A stretch of DNA of 18,235 bases from an uncultured bacterium. Its GTDB lineage: Bacteria > CSSED10-310 > CAZUFC01. The stretch lies in NCBI GenBank assembly GCA_964619725.1, contig CAZUFC010000151.1, forward strand, positions 1-18,235, read 5' to 3'. Each line of letters begins with the position of its first letter. Positions within the stretch are counted from its first letter, which is position 1. The notes beneath the pieces were generated by a model. That model did not search any database. It worked only from the letters and a program-made list of their open reading frames with translations, and had not been told where the DNA came from. Positions 8,830-16,321 of the stretch are shown here, one piece after another. A program made the position numbers and the translations under genes.

Positions 8830-8974
8830 GCTTTCAGAACCTGGTCCGAATCAATCCCGCTTGAAGCAGAAAGCGTGGGGCTGATCAAAACCGGGTTACA
8901 CTTCTTTCAAAACTTTTAACAGTTTGTTTCAGTGATCGGTATCGAGGTCGGTATCGGGTTTGCAATCGGAATCG
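8830..8974 (+). repeat. Repeat copy 1 (left inverted arm)
   Basis: Core CTGATCAAAACCGGGTTACACTTCTTTCAAAACTTTTAACAGTTTGTTTCAGTGATCGGTATCGAGGTCGGTATCGGGTTTGCAATCG aligns by eye with 18133-18235 (+) and with the reverse complement of 9587-9732. Confidence 0.85.
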
Positions 8975-9009
8975 CGACGAAAATACCGTGGTACACCCGT
9001 CTATAAAAA

Positions 9010-9038
9010 TTGACAAATCATTGCCATTCTTATAAATT
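9010..9038 (+). promoter_or_regulatory. Sigma70-type promoter inside the inverted-repeat cassette
   Basis: TTGACA (9010-9015) - 17 nt - TAAATT (9033-9038). A second TATAAT at 9112-9117 has no clear -35. Confidence 0.5.
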
Positions 9039-9156
9039 ATTAAAAGAGAGAGAAAAATGAAAACCGAAGCGCAACACATGATCTTTTTCCAATTGGGGAT
9101 GCATTCACAGGTATAATCAATTCAATTAAGCATTCTTCAGGGAGGTCTTTTTCAGG

Positions 9157-9489
9157 ATGAACAATCCGGCCGGCGATATGGTGTTGGCGGCGCCCTGCGG
9201 ATTATATTGCGGCGCATGCGCCAAGTATTTACATAAGAAATGCAACGGATGCCGCTCAGACAAGCATTTGAACAATCATAAAAACTGTGAGATCCATCAC
9301 TGCTGCATCAATCATATGAATCATGCCTGGTGCTTTGAGTGTAATGATTTCCCATGCAATCAGCTTAAAAAATTCACCCAGACTCGAAATTGGATAAGTC
9401 ACGAGCGCTGTATCGACAATCTTTACAGGATGAGACAAACAGGAGTGGAAAAATGGCTTTCTGAACAAGCCGGCGTTGAGGAAAGCTAA
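9157..9489 (+). CDS. DUF3795-like small Cys-rich (probable metal/Fe-S binding) protein
   Basis: APCGLYCGAC...CNGC...CEIHHCC...CFECNDFPC pattern and a C-terminal NL.RM...GVEKWL motif. GGAGGT RBS upstream. Confidence 0.88.
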   Translation: MNNPAGDMVLAAPCGLYCGACAKYLHKKCNGCRSDKHLNNHKNCEIHHCCINHMNHAWCFECNDFPCNQLKKFTQTRNWISHERCIDNLYRMRQTGVEKWLSEQAGVEES

Positions 9490-9586
9490 CCCGGAATCCT
9501 CATACAAAAGCTGTCAGGAAAATTTGGGATTGATGAAAAAATCAGTCTTTTGAGGTCACAATTCGACAGAATCTCCCATCATTTTG

Positions 9587-9732
9587 TTTCGATTGCGACA
9601 CCAATACCGACCCCGATTACTGAAACAAACCGTCAAAAGTTTTTAAAGAAGCGTCCGCCGGTTTTATCATTGCCGAAAATTTATATCCCCGCACATTCAA
9701 GGGCCGCTTTCTGCGGACCTGGTTTGAATAGC
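9587..9732 (-). repeat. Repeat copy 2 (right inverted arm)
   Basis: Reverse complement reads GCTATTCAAACCAGGTCCGCAGAAAGCG...ATAAATTTTCGGCAATGATAAAACCGGCGGACGCTTCTTTAAAAACTTTTGACGGTTTGTTTCAGTAATCGGGGTCGGTATTGGTGTCGCAATCGAAA, matching copies 1 and 3. Confidence 0.85.
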
Positions 9733-9969
9733 TCTGCTGTGCTTCCTCAGTCCTTAGGTCCGCCACACTGGAATCTGCGGAAAACTAAACGCACTCATTC
9801 TGATTTTGTATGAGAAAGCCGGGTTAAGATTATTTAAAGAGCGCTAGTTGGAGTTTAGATATCCGTAAAGTTACGAAACCCTAGTCCCTCTGCGGCCTTC
9901 TGTAAAAAAGGAGGCATAAACGATGCCTGCATATAGAAGTTATCCCGCAACCCAGTCATTTCGTGAACT

Positions 9970-10929
9970 TTAATTCATCCCGTCAGAATCGTGCGATATT
10001 TCGTTCATTTGCGTAATACCGTAGATTCCCCTGATGATGGTAAGCGGTCTTCGTTTTGTTTCCATGAAGACTTTCGACAAATACATGCCTATGATTCCCA
10101 GGCACATTATTATCAGTCCGCTGAACATACCGATGCTGATGAACAGCGAGGACCAGCCCATTAGCATATCGTCATAGACCAGGTTTCGATAAACGAGGTA
10201 GGCGGAAGCGGCTATGGAAAGGAACATAATGATGAAACCGAGGTAAAAAATAAAGACGAGTGGTTTCACGGTGAACGAAGTCAGAGAGTTGACGATTATA
10301 GACATTTTTTTTCGGAAATTATAAGTCGTGGAGCCCTTTGAATGTTTATCGATGAGCATCGGCAACTGTTTGAAACCGGTAATTTCCCATAATCCAGCGA
10401 TGAAAACCTCTCTTTCCTCATGCTGCAGCAAAGCATTTTTGTAGCGTTTCGTCATAAGCCTGATAGTCGAGATGTTTTTAGGAATGGGCGTGCTGGCGAT
10501 CATGTTGAACAGGGTGTAAAAGATGCTTCCCGTTAATCTTTCGTAATAATCGCCTTTTCTCGTTTTTTGGACGCCGTATATAACGTCGGCGTCTTCCTGA
10601 CGTAATTTTTCATAGAATTTTTCCAGCAGCTCCGGCTCTTCTTCAAGATCGCAGTCGATCTGCAGGACATAATCCCCGTCAGCATAGCGTAATCCCGTCA
10701 GGATGGCTTTATGCTGTCCGAAGTTACGGGACAAATCGATCACCTTGACTTTTTCATCTTTTGCTCTGACCTGCAAGGCTTCTTTTAAAGAATCATCCGG
10801 GGAGCCGTCATTAACGTAAATAATTTCATAGTCGTCGAAATTTTTATCGGCCTGAGCCTTGCTTCTTTCATAGAACTCTTTGATATACTTTGCAGAATAA
10901 TACATCGTAGTAACAATTGAGATTTTCAT
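9970..10929 (-). CDS. GT2 glycosyltransferase, GtrB/ArnC-like polyprenyl-phosphate sugar transferase
   Basis: Motifs EIIYVNDGSPD, DLSRNFGQHKA and IDCDLEE, two C-terminal TM helices, and YLSKVFMETKRRP. Start set at ATG 10929, which has a GGAGGT RBS (10940..10935). Confidence 0.92.
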   Translation of the reverse strand: MKISIVTTMYYSAKYIKEFYERSKAQADKNFDDYEIIYVNDGSPDDSLKEALQVRAKDEKVKVIDLSRNFGQHKAILTGLRYADGDYVLQIDCDLEEEPELLEKFYEKLRQEDADVIYGVQKTRKGDYYERLTGSIFYTLFNMIASTPIPKNISTIRLMTKRYKNALLQHEEREVFIAGLWEITGFKQLPMLIDKHSKGSTTYNFRKKMSIIVNSLTSFTVKPLVFIFYLGFIIMFLSIAASAYLVYRNLVYDDMLMGWSSLFISIGMFSGLIIMCLGIIGMYLSKVFMETKRRPLTIIRGIYGITQMNEISHDSDGMN

Positions 10930-11029
10930 TTCCGACCTCCTTGCGAGTTCTCCAGCAACAATTCCCGGCTTACGGTCCTCCAAATTTTTTCCTATGAAAA
11001 AATCAAATTTTTGTCGTCGTCATATCAGG

Positions 11030-12274
11030 TTAATCCAGCTTATAAGTAGAAAAAACATGATCAAAAGATTCCGTTTTTTTAACGACCTCGATTTTATTTG
11101 ATCTCGACTCCCACGAGAGAACAGCGGGACAAGGCTGAATGAAGGGCGGTTTCAGCACGATGGTGTATGCGCCGACATTGTGGAAAACGACATAATCATT
11201 CACCTGTATATCTCCCCTGTAATTCTGATATAAGCAGTCATCTTCCGTGCAGGTGTAGCCGACGATATCCGTGGATTCGCCGGTTCCATCTCCCCTCTTT
11301 TCGCCTTTTTCTCCAATAATGCTCAAAGGGAGATTCATTCTGTTCAATGTGGGCTTCACATTATAAACGCTGCCCGCCGCAAGCGCTATTTTCCTATTTC
11401 TTATCCGCTTCAGGTCAATGACCCTGGCGACGAATCGCATAACATCGCCGCTTAAAGCAACGCCGGGTTCCAATATCAGCTCCGGTCCCGATTCGACCCC
11501 GTAATTCTCTGAAAAATGACCTGCAATGGCCTCCGCATACTCCTGAAAATCCGGAACCCGGACTCCGAACTGCCGGTTTAATTCCGGCGGCATTCTTCCG
11601 AAGAACCCTCCGCCGATATCGATAAAATCAAGTTCTTTTGCATTGAAATAGCATTTTGCCAGTTGAAGCATTTTTTTCGCACGGAACGAATAGGACTCCG
11701 CTGATCTTTTATTCGTAGAGTAATGACAATGTAATCCGGCAATACGAGTATTCTCTGTTTTTCGTATTCTTTCCAGTATATGGGGAAAACCGGGGCTTTC
11801 CACATCGAAACCAAACCGTGAAATGCTTTGATCACGGATATCGAAATTGCACCGCACCCCGATTCTGAAAGGAGAACCCTGGTGTTGCTTCGCTGTTTTT
11901 TCCAGGATGTCGATTTCGTAATGCGAATCCACATTTACGATTGATCCGGAGATTAAAGCCCGCATCAAATCCGCTTCCGTTTTGTAGGGACCGTTAAAGA
12001 TGATTCTATGAGCGGGAACGCCGAGACGACGCGCCAGATCATATTCCATCCGAGATACGACTTCCGCATATCCTCCCCACTTCTGGACCTTACGGCACAA
12101 AGGAGGCAGATAATTCGTCTTGTATGAGTAGGCGATGTTCGTACGGGGATAGATGTTTCTGAATGCCAGGAGGAAATCATCATAATTTTTTTTGAACGCC
12201 TCCATATCGAGCAGGAAAAATGAATCACCGTATTTTTTTATTAGATTCTCAAGAAAACTTCTGGTTAACTTCAT
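11030..12274 (-). CDS. Group IV (fold type III) PLP-dependent decarboxylase, diaminopimelate decarboxylase/BtrK-like
   Basis: PLP lysine in AYSYKTN; also AEVVS, IIFNGP.K, SRFG, LHCH, DIGGGF, LEPG, GYTCTEDD and VGAY. Start at ATG 12274 after a GGAGG RBS. Not called lysA because of the glycan context. Confidence 0.88.
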   Translation of the reverse strand: MKLTRSFLENLIKKYGDSFFLLDMEAFKKNYDDFLLAFRNIYPRTNIAYSYKTNYLPPLCRKVQKWGGYAEVVSRMEYDLARRLGVPAHRIIFNGPYKTEADLMRALISGSIVNVDSHYEIDILEKTAKQHQGSPFRIGVRCNFDIRDQSISRFGFDVESPGFPHILERIRKTENTRIAGLHCHYSTNKRSAESYSFRAKKMLQLAKCYFNAKELDFIDIGGGFFGRMPPELNRQFGVRVPDFQEYAEAIAGHFSENYGVESGPELILEPGVALSGDVMRFVARVIDLKRIRNRKIALAAGSVYNVKPTLNRMNLPLSIIGEKGEKRGDGTGESTDIVGYTCTEDDCLYQNYRGDIQVNDYVVFHNVGAYTIVLKPPFIQPCPAVLSWESRSNKIEVVKKTESFDHVFSTYKLD

Positions 12275-12296
12275 TCCGCATCCTCCGCGGATCAAA

Positions 12297-13499
12297 TCAA
12301 GATGGAATAATTTTAAGCCGCAGGGCGTGTTGAATCTTTCGGATTACTTCATTGTAATTCTGTCCCTGGGGGCAGTCGAAAAGGGCTATGCCTAATTGGC
12401 AACCGCTATGCACGAATCCAGGAACCTTATCGCCGATGCCGTAATTCATAGTAAAATCAAATACTTCCGGTACAAGCTCCATTATCTCCTCTTTTGAGGC
12501 CATACCGGCTAATGTACCTTCTTTTTCGCTTCCAATCACCCACGATCCGCATGGATTATCTATCCTGCCATTTTGAGGCAGAGTTACCGGTTCACCCAAG
12601 GCAAGGTCAATGGTCGCTGAGATGAAATCAAGACCAGCGCCTCGTTCAATAATGACAGGTATGCCGTTTCCGCCTAATCGCGGACTCATTTCCAAAACTG
12701 TCGCTCCCTCTTGAGAAACCATAACGTCAAAGTTTATTACTCCATTCATGTATTCCAATTCGAGGCATATTTTTGCAAGAAGGTCCCTTACTCCCGCCGC
12801 TGCTTCAGACGATATGTCCGTCGGCAACTCATGCCCCACTGGAATGTAATTCCTGATATGTTTATGCGTCGGCACAGCGGTGAGTTCTCCATTCAACATG
12901 AAGCCGTCTCCTCCCACTTCTACGCCTTCGATGAATTCTTCGACACAGACCCATCCCGATCTTGAAAAGCTTTGCGCATATTGAAAGGCTTTTTCGCATC
13001 GGTTTATGTCGAATTCGTGAACTTTCACTATACCCCGGGAACCCGAAGAATCGGTCGGTTTGAATATGACGGGAGGAGTGATTTCAGCGATTCTGGATGA
13101 GATATCCGAGAATTCCCTTCCGAAGATGAATTCCGGAAAGCTGAATCCTTTTTGCCTTTGAAATGTTCGAAACTTGTTTGAATTAGACATAATATCGGCC
13201 GCCTGCGAATTTCCGCCGGGCAGTCCTAATTTTTCCGCCACATAGCCGACTGCAGGAGTCGCCACATCAGATGCGCATGTAACGATAGCGTCGATTTCAT
13301 ATTTTCTCGCAGCTTCCAGTACTTTTTCTTTATCAGTGGTACTGCAGTCGACCCATTGATGAGAAATTGCGTGCCCCGGACTCTCCGGCGTGTAATCCAC
13401 AGTAATTACGTATAATCCGCGGGAAACGGCCTTTTTTATCAAAGGAAGCTGACTGGGGCCGGCTCCGAGACACATAAGTTTCTTTTTCAATGAACCCAT
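12297..13499 (-). CDS. ATP-grasp domain ligase (amino-acid ligase-like, glycan-locus type)
   Basis: LGAG..QLP N-terminus, VIFKPTDSSGSRG, VEEFIEG.E, NFD...LEMSPRLGG. Start at ATG 13499 or TTG 13505. Confidence 0.9.
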   Translation of the reverse strand: MGSLKKKLMCLGAGPSQLPLIKKAVSRGLYVITVDYTPESPGHAISHQWVDCSTTDKEKVLEAARKYEIDAIVTCASDVATPAVGYVAEKLGLPGGNSQAADIMSNSNKFRTFQRQKGFSFPEFIFGREFSDISSRIAEITPPVIFKPTDSSGSRGIVKVHEFDINRCEKAFQYAQSFSRSGWVCVEEFIEGVEVGGDGFMLNGELTAVPTHKHIRNYIPVGHELPTDISSEAAAGVRDLLAKICLELEYMNGVINFDVMVSQEGATVLEMSPRLGGNGIPVIIERGAGLDFISATIDLALGEPVTLPQNGRIDNPCGSWVIGSEKEGTLAGMASKEEIMELVPEVFDFTMNYGIGDKVPGFVHSGCQLGIALFDCPQGQNYNEVIRKIQHALRLKIIPS

Positions 13500-13554
13500 T
13501 TTCAACGTTTTTTTGCTTTAATCACAATGATCTGTTCCTATTATCCTAATGCCG

Positions 13555-13576
13555 AAGCCCGCCTGCGGGCGGACTT
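13555..13576. repeat. Short GC-rich palindrome (REP-like or hairpin)
   Basis: AAGCCCGCC-TGCG-GGCGGACTT is fully paired on the minus strand with one G-U pair. It is followed by a T-rich tract on the plus strand. Confidence 0.5.
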
Positions 13577-13737
13577 TGTTTTACTTGAATTTTTTTGATC
13601 GATTTTTGTATTTTCGTCAAACATTTCACAATTTTTTATCATTCAATATCAGGAGATGTGAATTTAGTTACTCCATCGGACGAAAGGATTTAAGCTGATG
13701 AGCGACGAAACCCTTCCGCGGCAACGATGACGATATA

Positions 13738-13767
13738 ATTATAGAAAATCATACCCTAGATAGTCAA
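13738..13767 (-). promoter_or_regulatory. Sigma70-type promoter for the ATP-grasp/decarboxylase/GT2 operon
   Basis: Minus strand TTGACT (13767..13762) - 18 nt - TATAAT (13743..13738). Confidence 0.65.
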
Positions 13768-13808
13768 TGCCGGTGCATTACTGATCGGTCAAAGGGGCGC
13801 AAACGCTT

Positions 13809-14966
13809 CTATTTCCCTTGAAATCCGGGCATAACAAGCGCGGACTTTTTAGCCAGGGAAGGCCAGTATCGGGGACAGTAGATGACGGAGTTGAAAACTG
13901 CGCATTCCCAGGTGCAATAGCATCTCTTGTTGATTATGAATTGATTTATCCTGCGACAGGTTTCTGAATTTCGAATTTTGTTCCAGTTGAAATTTTTAGG
14001 GCGGAAACTGCCCAGTTGATAGGAAGAAAAGGTTTTGAATCTTTTTTTCTCCAGCCACAGAGTTTCGCAAGGAAAAATGCGTCCGTCCGGCGAGATTACG
14101 ATCATTTTTCTGCCGCCCAGACAGGGAAAGGTCATTTTATTTTCTTTAAACACGCTTCTGATGACCGACCTCATAGTAGAAACGACCGCCCTTTGCACCT
14201 TTGCTTTGTTTCCGGCCGGCGCGGCATGAGCATCCCATTTTTCTGCAGTAGATAAAGCCTTGAGGAAAAAATCACGCCGACCGGGTTCCCAGAATGCAGT
14301 GCGATCGGGACCGATATCGTGAAAGTCCGGTTTAACGTTTTTTTTCAGGTATTCCGACAATTCAGGCACACCTGTCCAATTATCCTCCGTCAGAACCGTC
14401 AGCACGTTAACCGAAAGGGCCGGGTATCTGGAACGAAGCGGCAGCAATCGTCGGACCGTCTCCATTATGCGTTCGAATGTTCCAGGTTCTCCTCTCATCC
14501 GATCATGCTTATCACCCACAGCATCAATTGAAAGATTAAGATCGATCATTAAACGGGGACAATTCCGGAGAATCTTCGTCAAAGTATGGATTATCTTATG
14601 CGTCAGCACGCCGTTTGTCGGAACGGCGAGAAAACGGGTTCCCGAAATGAAATACATGGATGCGACGATATCAGCCAAGTCCTCTCTCAGGAAAGGTTCA
14701 CCGCCGCTCAACACCAAATGAAAATTGGGATGCAAAGCTTGGGCTACCCGGCGATATTCTTCTGTGCTCAATTCGCCGGTGTAGTCTGAGTCCCGCATTA
14801 ATTCCTGATTGAAGCAAAAAGAACAATTCAAATTGCAGCGATGAGTGATTTGAATTATCACATAGGAAGGGTGGTTCCTGTTGAACAGGGAACGTGTAAA
14901 AGGCAGCACAGGCATCATTTTTACAGCTTCCTTTATGTTCGCATATGTTTTTTTAACTGATTTCAA
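13809..14966 (-). CDS. Radical SAM protein with C-terminal SPASM/twitch-type Cys region
   Basis: CNLNCSFC (CxxxCxxC) and SGGEPFLR; C-terminal CLGG...ISPDGRIFPCE...CYCTWEC. The TTG start overlaps the upstream GT2 stop (TTGA). Confidence 0.92.
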   Translation of the reverse strand: MKSVKKTYANIKEAVKMMPVLPFTRSLFNRNHPSYVIIQITHRCNLNCSFCFNQELMRDSDYTGELSTEEYRRVAQALHPNFHLVLSGGEPFLREDLADIVASMYFISGTRFLAVPTNGVLTHKIIHTLTKILRNCPRLMIDLNLSIDAVGDKHDRMRGEPGTFERIMETVRRLLPLRSRYPALSVNVLTVLTEDNWTGVPELSEYLKKNVKPDFHDIGPDRTAFWEPGRRDFFLKALSTAEKWDAHAAPAGNKAKVQRAVVSTMRSVIRSVFKENKMTFPCLGGRKMIVISPDGRIFPCETLWLEKKRFKTFSSYQLGSFRPKNFNWNKIRNSETCRRINQFIINKRCYCTWECAVFNSVIYCPRYWPSLAKKSALVMPGFQGK

Positions 14967-16000
14967 AACAAAACAAAATTATCTTTTCCCGTAAATTTTC
15001 GGAACATTCTTAAAGCGGTTCCCCACATTATTCCCGAACCCAGAACGATCGAAGCAACGAAATTGAGGACAGCGGCTTTCATTGTAAACCAGAATCCGTA
15101 TTCAGCATTTAAAGCCTTAAACAGGTCCTTTTTCAGAATCAGCGCCGTCATTAGAGATATTGCGGCGAATATCCACAAGACAGGCAGCAGGAATCCTGCA
15201 GCGAACAAGAGCAGGACCAGGCAGTCCATAAACTTTCGCAAGCTTTCCTCAGGGCTGATGAAAGGGTCGACGAACTTCCTGTGATCGATAAAAACTTCAG
15301 TCCATAATTGAGACCGCAGGAAGTAGTTTTTCAACAGCTTTCGGATGTCTTCCGGCCAGTAATGGCCAATTCGATAATCAACCCATAAAAACTTCCCGTC
15401 ATTGAAACGATCAAGAATCCGGTGCAATAATTCCGCATCCTCCACGCTTGGTATCCTATATTTCGTATTAAAACCTCCTATTTCCTCCAGCGCCTCTTTT
15501 CTGATACTCCCGCATCGAGTTGAAATGTCCTTGATGACCATTTCTTTCCTGTTTTGAATGGCTTTCTGATAGAGGAAATACTCAAAAAAAGAGGTGTAAG
15601 CCGGCAGGAACCCCTTGTTTTCCGGTTTTTTTTCTGAAATGGTGCATATGCTGATCAATTCGGGGTCCGCTTTGAACCTTCCAACCATATCCGAAATCAT
15701 ACCGCTGTCTTTGATAACGGCATCGTCATCCAAAAAAAGGACGACTTCCCCCCTGGCCGTCCTGATTCCTTCATTACGTGCAGCCGAAGGTCCTTTGTTT
15801 TCCTTCATTTCTATCACTTTAACGTGTCTTCTTCGACATAACTCAACGGTGTTGTCTGTTGAAGCGTCGTCAACAACAATGACTTCCATCTCTTCGCATT
15901 CTGATGCCAGAACGGCATCGAGAGTGTTTGAGATCACTTCAGAACTGTTATTCACGGGAATAATGACCGAGATATAAGGATCGCTCTCTTTTCCTGACAC
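14963..16000 (-). CDS. GT2 glycosyltransferase with C-terminal membrane segments
   Basis: ISVIIPVNN, VIVVDDASTD, NKGPSAARN.G, LFLDDD and VEDAE motifs, and a hydrophobic C-terminus. GTG 16000 with a GGAG RBS is preferred over TTG 16048. Confidence 0.9.
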   Translation of the reverse strand: MSGKESDPYISVIIPVNNSSEVISNTLDAVLASECEEMEVIVVDDASTDNTVELCRRRHVKVIEMKENKGPSAARNEGIRTARGEVVLFLDDDAVIKDSGMISDMVGRFKADPELISICTISEKKPENKGFLPAYTSFFEYFLYQKAIQNRKEMVIKDISTRCGSIRKEALEEIGGFNTKYRIPSVEDAELLHRILDRFNDGKFLWVDYRIGHYWPEDIRKLLKNYFLRSQLWTEVFIDHRKFVDPFISPEESLRKFMDCLVLLLFAAGFLLPVLWIFAAISLMTALILKKDLFKALNAEYGFWFTMKAAVLNFVASIVLGSGIMWGTALRMFRKFTGKDNFVLF

Positions 16001-16321
16001 AATTTCTTCTCCCGAATACAAAGCTGACTCATAGGTAAAGAAGGTCAACTGATGAATTATGATCCGTCAGCTCATAGATAAAGTCAAGTCTTTCATAAAC
16101 CGTTATTCCGCCTGCTCCTTTTAGTCCTAAGTCGGGCGAGAACGCCGAAAATGCCGGGAACCGAAACGGCTGTGAGCGCTGCAGCAATTTAACGCTGGCA
16201 TGTGTGACAGTTTCGAATGAAGAAATTAGCCCCTGTCAGGTCATTTTTTTGAACTTGAGCTATTGCGGGATTACGTATCGATCGAGACGCAGCATTGAGC
16301 AGATCACGCCTTCTTTCTTGC

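Noticed and set aside
8644-8919. 91-aa ORF as an intact gene, or its AAC-rich part as a DGR template repeat
   Set aside because: The ORF is a chimera of a frameshifted tail-fibre fragment and the repeat arm. The window has no reverse transcriptase or matching variable repeat.
9550-9813. 87-aa ORF containing IATPIPTPITE
   Set aside because: It is a translation of the hexamer run of repeat copy 2, not a recognisable protein.
11030-12274. Assigning the gene symbols lysA or btrK, or calling the locus an aminoglycoside antibiotic cluster
   Set aside because: The evidence is family-level motifs only. There is no 2-deoxy-scyllo-inosose synthase, aminotransferase, carrier protein or resistance gene in the window.
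13695-13711. Hammerhead-ribozyme-like core CTGATGA-GCGAC-GAAAC
   Set aside because: No compatible stem I/stem III with a GUH cleavage triplet could be built from the flanks. The other CTGATGA hits (3545, ~16050) lack a properly placed GAAA.
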